Shown piece by piece: positions 8,761 to 18,297 of a stretch of 64,000 nt of DNA; position 1 is the first letter of the stretch, and each line of letters starts with the position of its first letter. The translations under genes and the position numbers were made by a program. The stretch spans positions 64,305-128,304 of the forward strand of contig JACPGH010000005.1 of assembly GCA_016182485.1 (NCBI GenBank), in the 5' to 3' direction. This DNA comes from Candidatus Kaiserbacteria bacterium (GTDB lineage Bacteria; Patescibacteriota; Minisyncoccia; Phycocordibacterales; Phycocordibacteraceae). The notes under the pieces were generated by a model. That model made no database searches, had not been told where the DNA came from, and saw only the letters and a program-made list of their open reading frames with translations.

Positions 8761-10269
8761 TTAGCACACGTGGTGTTTTTCCATTATTTGGCGTACTTCC
8801 TCATTTTCGGCGGCTTCCCGCCTTTTCTTCCCCGCTTCCCCAAGCCTCTTGAGTTCATTCTCGTCCAGCATTAACAGTTCTTCGGTTCTCTTATCTAGAT
8901 AGTCATGCACGTTTCGCGCGGAATCGTCCAAGACTTCTTCGAGCAGTGCATTCAGGACATATCCTATCCTAGGCCCCGGTTTCGCGTGGAACTTCTCCAT
9001 TATCCTGGTGCCATCTGTCTTCAGCATCTTCACAGAGATAGGATCTCGAAGAGCCTGTTCCACCATAGCTTTGTACTTCCTGAATCTAAAAGGCTGTTCC
9101 TTAGGCCGTCCCGTCCCAATCCGGTCGCATATACGGAGGTTAAGCAAGTCCCAAATATTTTCCTGTCCAACATTCGTAACCATTCTGCGTACGGCCGATA
9201 ACGTTATCTGATCAGGATCAGAAAAGAACATGTGCCACCGGACAAGCTTTACTACCTTGTCTATTGTTTCGCGTGGAAAGTGCAGCTCCTCTAGAGCTTT
9301 TTTGGTTACACGTGAACCAACCACGTCGTGTCCATGAAAGGTCCAGTCTTTTTTTTCGTCGGACCATCGGCGGCTCTCGGGCTTCGCTATGTCATGGAAG
9401 AGCCCGGCAATCGTAACGTCGAAGCCGAAGCGCTTATCCGCCCCGTGCTGCATTGTACGGAGATTGTGCTCAAAGACATCGTAGCTATGCGCCTGGTTTT
9501 GCTCGACGCCAATACCTCGCACTAAATCGCCGACTATGAATTCGAGAATGCCGAGCTGGTGGGCGAGCACGAGCGCATTCATCGGCTTCTTTGACTCTAG
9601 AATACGCACAAGCTCATCTCGAATCCTCTCGCGCGAAATTTGGCTTAAATGCTGACTGTTTTGCTTAATGGCAGCGGCCGTGTCGCTCTCTATGCCGAAG
9701 TCGAGCTCAGCCACAAGCCGCACGGCCCGGAGCATTCGCAGGGCGTCCTCATCAAAGCGTTCTCCGGCGTTCCCGACGGCTCGTATTATCTTGTCCTTTA
9801 TGTCCTTTTGACCATCATACGGGTCCACTATTTGTCCTTTATCTGCATCGAGAGCGATGGCATTTATCGTAAAGTCACGCCGGGCAAGGTCTTGGAGAAG
9901 GGAAGTGCCAAATTCGACCTTGTCCGGCCGACGCTTGTCGGAATAGCCGGATTCGGTGCGGTAAGGTGTCACCTCGACTATTGCCAGCCGCTCGTCCTCT
10001 GAACCGGTCTTCACGCCCACCGTGCCGTATTCATTTTCATAAAAAGAATCAGGAAATACGGCCTGGATTTGCTCCGGGGTAGCGTTCGTGGTGAGGTCCC
10101 AGTCCTTCGGCTCGCGGCCGAGGATAAGGTCGCGGACACAGCCGCCCACCAAATACGCTTCAAATCCCTTTTCATGAAGGGAGTTCGATACCCGAGAAAT
10201 CTCTTCCGGGATAGGGAAGCGCATATCCACAATGCTAGCATAGCGTGCTAACTTAGATTCGAGGAACAT
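8761..10269 (-). CDS. cca: CCA-adding enzyme (tRNA nucleotidyltransferase with HD domain)
   Basis: GGCVRDLILGR...DWD head motif plus C-terminal HD domain (LFHDIAKP). The start at MFLESK (10269) is chosen because the upstream ORF extension translates across a tRNA. Confidence 0.8.
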   Translation of the reverse strand: MFLESKLARYASIVDMRFPIPEEISRVSNSLHEKGFEAYLVGGCVRDLILGREPKDWDLTTNATPEQIQAVFPDSFYENEYGTVGVKTGSEDERLAIVEVTPYRTESGYSDKRRPDKVEFGTSLLQDLARRDFTINAIALDADKGQIVDPYDGQKDIKDKIIRAVGNAGERFDEDALRMLRAVRLVAELDFGIESDTAAAIKQNSQHLSQISRERIRDELVRILESKKPMNALVLAHQLGILEFIVGDLVRGIGVEQNQAHSYDVFEHNLRTMQHGADKRFGFDVTIAGLFHDIAKPESRRWSDEKKDWTFHGHDVVGSRVTKKALEELHFPRETIDKVVKLVRWHMFFSDPDQITLSAVRRMVTNVGQENIWDLLNLRICDRIGTGRPKEQPFRFRKYKAMVEQALRDPISVKMLKTDGTRIMEKFHAKPGPRIGYVLNALLEEVLDDSARNVHDYLDKRTEELLMLDENELKRLGEAGKKRREAAENEEVRQIMEKHHVC

Positions 10270-10334
10270 TGTGGTTCCTCTCTTCGTCCCGGTATCGTTC
10301 AAGCAAATACCGGAGCTCGCTCGGCGAACTCTTC

Positions 10335-10406
10335 GCCCCGGTGGTGAAATGGATATCACAGCTGACTTCGGATCAGCTATTCTGGGTTCGAATCCTGGCC
10401 GGGGCA
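10335..10406 (+). tRNA. tRNA-Arg (anticodon TCG)
   Basis: Hand-folded 72 nt cloverleaf: acceptor GCCCCGG/CCGGGGC, D arm GTGA/TCAC, anticodon stem GCTGA/TCAGC with loop CTTCGGA, T loop TTCGAAT. No encoded CCA. Confidence 0.7.
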
Positions 10407-10454
10407 CATTGCGAAAGGCGGCCTCAGAGAGGCCGCCCTGTGAGATGCGCGGAA

Positions 10455-10667
10455 CTAGGCTTTGTCGCGAGGCGGTATCCAGCGCGGTAGACCTCGAGGG
10501 CCTACTGACCAGTAGCCGCCCCTCCGCTCCAACCGATCCAGGCGATCGAACTCCTCCTCTGTAGGCTTGTGCCATGGCCGCAAAGCCAATGCCCCCAAGA
10601 TTCCAAAAAGAACAGGCAGTCCGATGAGGAGAAACAAGAGCACTAGCCCACTCCAGTCCCCAAACAC
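10455..10667 (-). CDS. hypothetical small membrane protein
   Basis: One TM helix followed by a charged tail. Confidence 0.3.
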   Translation of the reverse strand: MFGDWSGLVLLFLLIGLPVLFGILGALALRPWHKPTEEEFDRLDRLERRGGYWSVGPRGLPRWIPPRDKA

Positions 10668-10669
10668 AG

Positions 10670-10888
10670 CTACCTCCCTTCTGGATGAATGCGTCGAACA
10701 AGGCGGCCAGTCTTGTTGATGTGCAGCTGCCGGAGCGCCTTCCCGATCTGCCGACGCTCGTGCCGGATCGCGGAGGGGAAGTCTTTGTGCTTGCCAGACT
10801 GCACCTCCTTGAGCAAATCTACGTAGCAGGCGTTGAGGAACTGCAAGAGTCCTCTTACTGCCGGTTTGTTGAATCCGCTTGGTGGCAT
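10670..10888 (-). CDS. hypothetical protein
   Basis: ORF only. Confidence 0.25.
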   Translation of the reverse strand: MPPSGFNKPAVRGLLQFLNACYVDLLKEVQSGKHKDFPSAIRHERRQIGKALRQLHINKTGRLVRRIHPEGR

Positions 10889-11012
10889 TTCGCCCTCCTC
10901 TCGTGTACTTGCCCCAAATTGGAATATAAAAACTGTAAATAATTTAGCAAGGAAGCGGGCATATTTCTATGGAAATTGTACTTTTCGTTCAAAATCCATT
11001 ATTCTATCTGCA

Positions 11013-11858
11013 ATGCTTTACAGCAAGGACATCGAACTAGAGGATAAAGTCATCGAATCGCTGGCCGCCGGCAGCATGAGCATCAATGCTATCCACTCGC
11101 GTCTCGGGAAAGATACAAAGGTCTCCCTGCGCGCGGTGTATAAGGCGATAGACAAGCTCCGCAAAGCCGGTGTCCTCTTGAAAGCGGGGAAGCGAGTACT
11201 GATTGATCAAGAGTGGGCCAAGCGAGTCGAGGAGAAATTCAACGCCATCGTCCCCGCTTTTCTCTTGCAGAAGGGCGAGCGCGCAGTCTACTCGTTCACC
11301 TCGATAGAGAACTTGGACGCTTTCTGGAAAACCATCGTCTTGCCGCTCGAGCGTTCCGTTCCGAACGGAGAGATCTTTTTCTATAATCCGCACAATTTCT
11401 GGGCGTACATGCCCGCCCGGAAGGAAAGTGAAGATGCGTATTATCGGCACTTTGCCGAAACTAACCGATTCGGCTTCTTCACGGTCGGCGGAGATACTGC
11501 GGCAGATATTGAATTCAAGCGGGCGTATCAAAACGACCGCCTTCAAATTGACTTGCAGCCCATCGCCGCGCTCGGCCGACGAGACCACATTACCGTAGTC
11601 GGACCCTTCATCATCACCGTTCGGCTTGCTAAAGGCATTGCTGAGCGTATCGACGAACTGTATGCGTCTGGGGAAGGGATCGAGTATCTCCTCCTCGCAA
11701 TTTCTCAGACCTGCGAACGCCCGGGGAAGGTCCGATTTGTCCTTGAGAATAACCCCGCTAGAGCTTCAGAACTACGCCGGCTACTGGCTAAAAATTTCTA
11801 CTTCACCTCCTCTGAGTACGGGCATGGAGGCTCCATACCTGCACCTCGTTCGGCATAA
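11013..11858 (+). CDS. TrmB-like HTH transcriptional regulator (paralog 3)
   Basis: wHTH (MSINAIHSRLGKDTKVSLRAVYKAIDKLRKAG), preceded by an AT-rich promoter region. Start at the internal M (MLYSKD). Confidence 0.5.
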   Translation: MLYSKDIELEDKVIESLAAGSMSINAIHSRLGKDTKVSLRAVYKAIDKLRKAGVLLKAGKRVLIDQEWAKRVEEKFNAIVPAFLLQKGERAVYSFTSIENLDAFWKTIVLPLERSVPNGEIFFYNPHNFWAYMPARKESEDAYYRHFAETNRFGFFTVGGDTAADIEFKRAYQNDRLQIDLQPIAALGRRDHITVVGPFIITVRLAKGIAERIDELYASGEGIEYLLLAISQTCERPGKVRFVLENNPARASELRRLLAKNFYFTSSEYGHGGSIPAPRSA

Positions 11859-11895
11859 TAGAATCAAACTAGTTCGTTTCTCTTAGGTCACTCGG

Positions 11896-11966
11896 TGCGG
11901 GTAGCCGGGATCGAACCGGCGCTAGCTGATTGGCAACCAGCTGTTCTACCACTAAACCATACCCGC
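11896..11966 (-). tRNA. tRNA-Gly (anticodon GCC)
   Basis: 71 nt cloverleaf on the minus strand: acceptor GCGGGTA/TACCCGC, anticodon loop TTGCCAA, T arm GCCGG-TTCGATC-CCGGC. No encoded CCA. Confidence 0.8.
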
Positions 11967-12150
11967 GAACACTGTTTATCTTCTCATATTCCTGCAATCT
12001 ATTCAATTCAGAGGCAAACTGGGGCTTGCCAAACTGAAATGTCGTTGGGGAAAACTCAGTGGATATGTGGATAAAAGACACTTGGGGATTTATGAAGAAT
12101 TCTTAATAGTCCGTGAAATACTACGTATATGAGCCATATTTTTAAAGGCC

Positions 12151-12546
12151 GTGGACTTAAGTGACAAAACGCGGAAAGAGATAGGCGCTTTGGGGGAAAA
12201 TGTAGCCGCGGAGTACCTGCGCCGGCGGGGTTTCTCGATCCTGGACCGAAATTTCGTGCGCAAAACCGGCGAACTCGACTTGATCGCTGCAGAGGGAGAT
12301 ACCCTGCATTTCGTAGAGGTAAAAACTGTTTGTACCGATTCCTTTCCTAAAACAGAGACGGGTGAAGATGAATATGATCCGGCAGTCAATCTACACCAAA
12401 ACAAGATCCGGCATGTTGCGCGGACAGGCGAGTGGTATGTCCTTGAGAAAAACTGGGGAGGGGAGTGGCAGGTGGACGGCTGCCTCGTGTGGCTGCGCCG
12501 CCGTGACGGCGTAGCGCGGGTTCGCTACCTGCCGCAAATTGTGTAA
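12151..12546 (+). CDS. YraN-family (UPF0102) endonuclease
   Basis: GE..AA.YL...GF.IL.RN....GELDLIA....L.FVEVKT pattern. Confidence 0.7.
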   Translation: MDLSDKTRKEIGALGENVAAEYLRRRGFSILDRNFVRKTGELDLIAAEGDTLHFVEVKTVCTDSFPKTETGEDEYDPAVNLHQNKIRHVARTGEWYVLEKNWGGEWQVDGCLVWLRRRDGVARVRYLPQIV

Positions 12547-12668
12547 AGTAAAAGCATGCGAAAGCGGGCTGTGCCCGCCGTAGCATAAGCCTCGGCGGGC
12601 CGGCGTATGACGGTAGTACGCATCCTTTGGGAGGATGATGACCGAGTCCGACTCTCGGCGGCCCGACA

Positions 12669-13646
12669 ATGAACATAAATGATAAGATTTATGGAACGGT
12701 TGAAGTGTCCGAGCCGGTTCTGCTTGAAATTCTCAACGGACCCTCGTTAGAGCGGCTCAAAGATATCGACCAATTCGGATATTTCACACCCTATGCCCAA
12801 GAACGGCATTTCTCGCGTTTCGAACATTCGGTTGGCGTTTTCCTGCTCTTACAAAAATATGGCGCATCGCTTGAGGAGCAAGTCGCCGGGCTTATTCACG
12901 ACGTCTCACATTCAGCTTTCTCTCATTGCGTTGACTATGTTCTTGCTGCCAGCAGGGCAGAGAAGCAAGAGCATCAGGACAGCATCTTTGATACGTTCGT
13001 GCGGCGATCCGAACTGCCCGCTATCCTAGAGAAACGTGGCTTCGAGACAGGCAATGTTCTTGACGATTCTCGTCATCCGCTCAAAGAAACGCAGCTACCT
13101 GACTTATGCGCCGACAGGATTGATTACACTTTGAGAGATATCTGCTTGTCAGGCGAGCGCGAAATTGCTCTCTCATTTCTGGACAAGCTCTCAGCTGAAA
13201 ATGGGCGATGGATCTTTATGGATTATACGAGCGCAAGAGAATTTGCAGAGCGGTACGCGTATCTAAATAAGACTTACTGGGCAGGCGTAACGACCGCCGC
13301 TATGTTTTATACAGTCGGAGAATATCTTAAGCACGCGCTTTCAAAAGCGTATATTCTAGAAAACGATTTGTACACAACTGATACCCATGTGCTTGCAAAA
13401 ATAGCCAAACATCATTCGTATGATACTGAACTTATGCTCTTATACGACAAAATGAATAATCGGATACCATTTAAGAACGACCCGACTAACTACGACGCTA
13501 TCGTGAAATGCAAGTCTCGAGCCATTAATCCTCTCTGCCGGTACGAAAAATCAATCAAACGCGTCTCCGAAGTGGATCCAGCATGGCTCGATGTAATCGA
13601 GAGAGAATCGAAGCCAAAAGTGTTCTATCTAAAATTCGAACGATAG
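12669..13646 (+). CDS. HD-domain metal-dependent phosphohydrolase
   Basis: HSVGVFLLL...GLIHDVSHSAFSH motifs (H...HD). Confidence 0.65.
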   Translation: MNINDKIYGTVEVSEPVLLEILNGPSLERLKDIDQFGYFTPYAQERHFSRFEHSVGVFLLLQKYGASLEEQVAGLIHDVSHSAFSHCVDYVLAASRAEKQEHQDSIFDTFVRRSELPAILEKRGFETGNVLDDSRHPLKETQLPDLCADRIDYTLRDICLSGEREIALSFLDKLSAENGRWIFMDYTSAREFAERYAYLNKTYWAGVTTAAMFYTVGEYLKHALSKAYILENDLYTTDTHVLAKIAKHHSYDTELMLLYDKMNNRIPFKNDPTNYDAIVKCKSRAINPLCRYEKSIKRVSEVDPAWLDVIERESKPKVFYLKFER

Positions 13647-13650
13647 GCCC

Positions 13651-14805
13651 TTAAGGTAGACCCGTCGTAATTATCTTCTCGAGTTCCGGGATGCGGGAGG
13701 CGAAGGCGGCGACAGAGTCCGCTATCGGGGCGGCGAGCAGGAGATCGAGCGCCTGACCAGTCTCGCTCGCATATTGAGCGCGGACATACGTAGCGGAAAG
13801 TGCATTTAGCGAGCGGGAGCTCGTCTCACCGGTAACTGTGCTGGTGGTAATGAGGCCGACGAGCTTTCCAGAGCTGTCTGTCACCCCGCCGCCGGAGGAA
13901 CCTTCCTGCGCCGCGGCGGAACCGCCGAGCGCGAGCACGTCGGCGGTATTCGTGCCGAACGTGAACAGCTCCTTCACCGATCCATACACGACGATAGGGT
14001 AAAGCGCGGAGCGGATCTGCTCTGCGTCCAAGAATTGCGCGCCATAGGAGGCAATGGCGACTCCGACGCCTTGGACTGGCGGCGCGGCAGAGAGAGAAAT
14101 GAACGGGAATCGCGAGGGCAGCGGTTCGGAAGTCATACTCTTCGTGACTGCGAGCAGGGCGTAATCATATTGGCCGTCTCCGTCCGCTTCTGCCTCCGTT
14201 ACCACCCTGGGGTTGGTCTTAAGCCAGGCGGGCGAGACGTACACGAGGGAAGCTTGATACATATCTTTTGCCGGGTTTCCCGAGCGGATCCGACAGGACA
14301 CGCTCTGGTCGGCAAGCAGCAGATACTGGGCTATGTGCGCATTCGTCAGAATTATCCCTTTGGGATCGATGAATATGCCTCCGCCGCTCGTCGAACGGAT
14401 GCGACCGCCTGCGGGCGCATAGCACAGAATGTTGACCAGCGCGCCGCGGAGCATTTGCGCGCCCGCGTCCAGAGAGCCGGCATCCGTGGATGCCTCGATT
14501 GGCAAAGATACCGGGGCGGCAGAAACGGTCGTTTCTGCTGGGGGCGGCGCGACTTTAGCCACCGGAGGCTCTTTCTCCTCCTTTTTCTCCACAACTGTGG
14601 TGGAAGTGGCCTGAGTTGAATTGTCAGCCTCCGAAGAAAAGCCTGCGTCCGTGGCCGGCGAACCGGCGAGAGGGGCAGGGGCATAGTACTGTCGAACTGT
14701 CTCCGCCGGATTGAGGAGCTTGAAAATAGCGAGGCCGCCTACGGCAAACAGGAGAAGGGCAAATAGGTACGGCGCGTACCGGCTCCAGCGGGACATGTTC
14801 TTCAT
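13651..14805 (-). CDS. membrane-anchored trypsin-like serine protease (S1 family, no PDZ seen)
   Basis: N-terminal TM helix. GGGIFIDPKGIILTNAHI and GSSGGGV.DSSGKLVGLIT catalytic-region motifs. Confidence 0.6.
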   Translation of the reverse strand: MKNMSRWSRYAPYLFALLLFAVGGLAIFKLLNPAETVRQYYAPAPLAGSPATDAGFSSEADNSTQATSTTVVEKKEEKEPPVAKVAPPPAETTVSAAPVSLPIEASTDAGSLDAGAQMLRGALVNILCYAPAGGRIRSTSGGGIFIDPKGIILTNAHIAQYLLLADQSVSCRIRSGNPAKDMYQASLVYVSPAWLKTNPRVVTEAEADGDGQYDYALLAVTKSMTSEPLPSRFPFISLSAAPPVQGVGVAIASYGAQFLDAEQIRSALYPIVVYGSVKELFTFGTNTADVLALGGSAAAQEGSSGGGVTDSSGKLVGLITTSTVTGETSSRSLNALSATYVRAQYASETGQALDLLLAAPIADSVAAFASRIPELEKIITTGLP

Positions 14806-14906
14806 ACGCTACCGCACTACTTCGCGACTTTCCAGCCGCTTCGAAGTGCGCGGCAAAAATGCTATTTTGAAAGAAGGCCCTACTTCGTAAAGCTACGAAG
14901 GGCAAT

Positions 14907-14977
14907 GCGGGATTAGTTTAGTGGCAGAACTGCAGATTTCCAATCTGCTAGCGGGAGTTCGATTCTCCCATCCCGCA
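14907..14977 (+). tRNA. tRNA-Gly (anticodon TCC)
   Basis: 71 nt cloverleaf: acceptor GCGGGAT/ATCCCGC, anticodon stem GCAGA/TCTGC with loop TTTCCAA, T arm GGGAG-TTCGATT-CTCCC. Confidence 0.8.
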
Positions 14978-14979
14978 CA

Positions 14980-15258
14980 TTATTCCAATATCCAAAGAAC
15001 GCCGTAGACGAGCGCGGCGCAGAGCAAAGAAACAGGCAGGAGCTGATATTCGGTAGCGCGGCCGAGCAGCCACAAAGCGGAGTTCAAGACCATCCCGAAC
15101 GCGAAAACCCCGAGAGCGCTAAATAAGCGATGCGCCGCGCGACGGCGCGAAGAGAGCAAGGGCACAGCATCTGCGTTTTCCAATCCTTCGATATCCGGCA
15201 CATGAGCGACAGCGCGAGGGACTTCTAATTGCGAAAGGGCAGGGGATGCGGTCTTCAT
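14980..15258 (-). CDS. hypothetical small membrane protein
   Basis: Two hydrophobic segments. Confidence 0.3.
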   Translation of the reverse strand: MKTASPALSQLEVPRAVAHVPDIEGLENADAVPLLSSRRRAAHRLFSALGVFAFGMVLNSALWLLGRATEYQLLPVSLLCAALVYGVLWILE

Positions 15259-15325
15259 AGTAATTACATTTTTTATACAGCGTACTCATTAAAATATTAA
15301 AATCAAATTAAGAAAATTCAGAATT

Positions 15326-15353
15326 TTGACAAGCGAATTCAGTTATGCATAAT
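15326..15353 (+). promoter_or_regulatory. sigma70-like promoter (TTGACA, 16 bp spacer, CATAAT)
   Basis: Consensus -35 and near-consensus -10 in an AT-rich spacer upstream of the 15388 gene. Confidence 0.35.
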
Positions 15354-15387
15354 GAAAAGCGGGAAATCTTTCACGGAGGAGGTCCGC

Positions 15388-15651
15388 ATGTGGCAAGATG
15401 TGCTTCGTGCAATCGGCCGGGGACTCGCGGCGGTGGCCACGGCGCTGTTCCTGCCGCCCCTTCAGGCGACCGGCGATGCCTTGGGCGCCTTCGTCCGCCG
15501 GCTCGCGCCATTCGTGGTGCTCGGGATCATTTTCCTGATCCTATGGCACACGAACCCGCAACTGCTGAACACGCTTCTCGAGTTCGGCATTGCGGTCGCG
15601 GTGATCATCGTCGCCTTCTGGGCGATTGGCAGGGGCCACCGCCGACGATGA
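15388..15651 (+). CDS. hypothetical small membrane protein
   Basis: Strong SD (GGAGGAGG) 6 nt before the ATG. Two TM helices. Confidence 0.4.
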   Translation: MWQDVLRAIGRGLAAVATALFLPPLQATGDALGAFVRRLAPFVVLGIIFLILWHTNPQLLNTLLEFGIAVAVIIVAFWAIGRGHRRR

Positions 15652-15756
15652 GCCGCAAGCGAAACGCTTGCCTCCGGAGGAAGGCGGGCGTTCGTTCCAA
15701 TCGCGGCTCTCCCGAGCCGCGATTTGCTTTATCCTGAAAAAGAGTACGCTAATCCC

Positions 15757-16959
15757 ATGGAACCCCTAGCAGCCCGGATTCGGCCGCAGACCTTGGACGA
15801 GGTCGTCGGGCAGGAACATCTTGTCGGAGAAGGGAAGCCCTTGCGGGTCGCGGTCGAGAAGAAACATTTATTTTCTTTTATTCTCTGGGGCGCGCCCGGG
15901 ACCGGGAAGACAACTATCGCGCGCATCTATGCGCGAGCGCTCGATGCCGCGCTGTATGAGCTCTCGGCGGTCTCCGCCGGCAAAGAAGACATTCGCAAAA
16001 TTGTCCAACCGAGAAGTACCTTAGCGAAGCCTATAGGCCAAACTAAGGTACTGGCGGCAGAAATGGCGCAAGAGAGACCGAAAGTCCTTTTTCTGGACGA
16101 GATACATCGCTTCAATAAAGCACAGCAGGATTTCCTCCTGCCCTATGTCGAGAGCGGGGAACTGACGCTTATCGGCGCGACGACGGAGAATCCGTCGTTC
16201 GAAGTGATCGCTCCATTACTATCGCGCTGCCGCGTCTTCGTGCTCGAGCCGCTCTCTGAAGAAGCCCTGCGCGCCATCGTGAAAAGCACCAAACTGAAAG
16301 TAGATAGAGCCGCGTTCGAGTGGCTCCTCGGATACGCGAACGGCGACGCGCGCAAGGCGCTCGGGATGCTCGAAGGCGCGACGAGCTTGTACGGGAAAGT
16401 TTCTGTTGACACCTTGAACCGCGCGCTCGAATCGCCGCACCTGCGCTACGACAAGAAAGGCGAGGAGCACTACGACACCATCAGCGCATTCATTAAAAGC
16501 ATGCGGGCAAGTCAGCCGGATGCGGCGCTCTATTATCTGGCGCGCATGGTCGAGGCAGGCGAGGACCCGCTCTTTATCGCCCGCAGAATGGTCGTGTTCG
16601 CTTCCGAGGATATCGGCCTTGCCCAGCCGACGGCGCTCGTCGTCGCGAACGAAGTCTTCCGCGCTTGCGAGACGATCGGCTACCCGGAGTGCGCCATCAA
16701 TCTAGCCCACGGCGTCGCGTATCTCGCGCAAGCCAAGAAAGACCGCTCAGCTTACGACGCCCTGCGCGCCGCCCAAGCGGATGTGCGCACCTTCGGCAAT
16801 CTCCCGGTCCCGAAAAAAATCCGCAATCCGGTCACGAAGCTCATGAAAGAGCTCGACTACGGCAAGGGCTATGAAAAATACCCCTCGAAGGGACTCGGGG
16901 CAAGTCCCGACGAATCCTATCTGCCGGACAAATTAAAGAAAAAGAAGTACTTGAAGTAG
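15757..16959 (+). CDS. rarA: replication-associated recombination protein A (AAA+ ATPase RarA/MgsA)
   Basis: Walker A (GAPGTGKTT), Walker B (LFLDEIHRFNK) and the RarA C-terminal region. Confidence 0.85.
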   Translation: MEPLAARIRPQTLDEVVGQEHLVGEGKPLRVAVEKKHLFSFILWGAPGTGKTTIARIYARALDAALYELSAVSAGKEDIRKIVQPRSTLAKPIGQTKVLAAEMAQERPKVLFLDEIHRFNKAQQDFLLPYVESGELTLIGATTENPSFEVIAPLLSRCRVFVLEPLSEEALRAIVKSTKLKVDRAAFEWLLGYANGDARKALGMLEGATSLYGKVSVDTLNRALESPHLRYDKKGEEHYDTISAFIKSMRASQPDAALYYLARMVEAGEDPLFIARRMVVFASEDIGLAQPTALVVANEVFRACETIGYPECAINLAHGVAYLAQAKKDRSAYDALRAAQADVRTFGNLPVPKKIRNPVTKLMKELDYGKGYEKYPSKGLGASPDESYLPDKLKKKKYLK

Positions 16960-16984
16960 CGAAACTCATGTGGACTGCACAAAA

Positions 16985-17809
16985 TCAGCGTGCCGATTCT
17001 TTATTACCCTCCACCTCTGCAATAATCCCTCGTAAAATCTCGTTCGCATCTATGACGCGCGAATGATCCTGCATGAATTTGAGGAACGAGAGCAGCATCT
17101 TTTGGATTTCAGAATTGCGGATCTCAATAACCAGCTCTTCTCCGAGGGCCATCAGGTAGATGGATTGTTTAAAAATGAAGACCTGGCTGGCATGGTTAAA
17201 ATATTCGCCTTCTACCACACCCACTCTCGTCGTGCGGCCTTCGAAATCCCTCGCCCACGAGACTCCCAATTCTCTCGCCATTCTTTCAAGCTCCCCGTCT
17301 TGGAATATTGACTCGGCAATGATGTTGTTTTTCTTCAGCGCACGATTGAAACGGTTCGTCTCCTGAAGAGAGAACGTTTTATTCCAATTTACAGCCGCAC
17401 TATCGCCAACGAGAGAATAGAATCTCTCATTCTTGTGCGCAAAGAGCAGTTCGCCCAGCACCTTTCGAATCGAGTCCTGGCCGCGATGAATGATGACCGT
17501 GGCATCCGAAAGGCCGTGCACCTCCTCAGTCCCTTCCGGAATCTTTAGAAGCGTCCGCTTAGCCGCATACAGCACCCCCTCGATATCTCGCTCGGGGGCG
17601 AGCCGCCACATTTTCTTGCCGCTCGTAATATGAGACTCAGCCAAACCGCGCTTTTTCAGATTGTAGAGAATCGCGTAGGCCGCCGTGCGAGACACTCTCG
17701 TTGCACGCGCCAATAAAAGAGGCGTATCAACACCACTCTGGAGGGCAGTGAGTATCTTTTCTTCTTTCTTTGAGAGTCCAAGTAGCTTGAGGGTTTCAGA
17801 AGCGGGCAT
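16985..17809 (-). CDS. TrmB-like HTH transcriptional regulator (paralog 4)
   Basis: wHTH (EEKILTALQSGVDTPLLLARATRVSRTAAYAILYNLKKRGL). Divergent from the peptide/radical-SAM operon. Confidence 0.6.
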   Translation of the reverse strand: MPASETLKLLGLSKKEEKILTALQSGVDTPLLLARATRVSRTAAYAILYNLKKRGLAESHITSGKKMWRLAPERDIEGVLYAAKRTLLKIPEGTEEVHGLSDATVIIHRGQDSIRKVLGELLFAHKNERFYSLVGDSAAVNWNKTFSLQETNRFNRALKKNNIIAESIFQDGELERMARELGVSWARDFEGRTTRVGVVEGEYFNHASQVFIFKQSIYLMALGEELVIEIRNSEIQKMLLSFLKFMQDHSRVIDANEILRGIIAEVEGNKESAR

Positions 17810-17991
17810 ACCGGAAGGGTAGCAAATGGGGCAATTCTGTCAAGTTATTTAGACACATATATACTCTGAAATTGCTATTTAGAATAAGACTTTTCTATCA
17901 GTAATCACTCTATGACAGGATTATTTTTTACTGTCAACTGCAAGACGAATACACTTAATTCAGACCGATCCTTGAAAGGAGGTGAACGCCC

Positions 17992-18063
17992 ATGCCGACG
18001 GCCAACTCGGGTTCCGCCGGGAAGAGCCGCAAGGCTCTGCCGGCCAAGCGCCCCTCCAAGTAG
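17992..18063 (+). CDS. 23-aa peptide MPTANSGSAGKSRKALPAKRPSK (candidate precursor peptide 1)
   Basis: SD GGAGGTG 8 nt upstream. Near-identical to the peptide 100 bp downstream. Confidence 0.5.
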   Translation: MPTANSGSAGKSRKALPAKRPSK

Positions 18064-18166
18064 GGCGCGGGGAACCTGTCAGCTCCGGGCTGACCGAGTG
18101 CGCGCGCCACTTGGGAACAGAAGTGCGCGCAGCATTCAAAACACCAAGAGAAAGGAGGTGATGTCC

Positions 18167-18238
18167 ATGGCCACAGCCAACGCCGGTTCCGCTGGCAAGA
18201 GCCGCAAGGCTCTGCCGGCAAGACGCCCCTCCAAGTAG
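18167..18238 (+). CDS. 23-aa peptide MATANAGSAGKSRKALPARRPSK (candidate precursor peptide 2)
   Basis: SD AAAGGAGGTG upstream. The alternative start at 18161 gives MSMATAN.... Confidence 0.5.
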   Translation: MATANAGSAGKSRKALPARRPSK

Positions 18239-18244
18239 GAGACG

Positions 18245-18275
18245 GGCGGAAGCGGGGACTTGTCCCCGCTTCTTT
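18245..18275 (+). terminator. hairpin plus T-tract (partial terminator/attenuator) between the peptide genes and the radical-SAM gene
   Basis: ggaagcggggacttgtccccgcttctttgtt. Confidence 0.4.
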
Positions 18276-18297
18276 GTTATCAACCCAGACTGCTACT

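Noticed and set aside
10270-10701. 144-codon N-terminal extension of the cca ORF in the six-frame track
   Set aside because: It translates straight through tRNA-Arg (10335-10406), giving the tell-tale ...GFEPRIADPKS... peptide. Homology to CCA-adding enzymes begins at MFLESK (10269).
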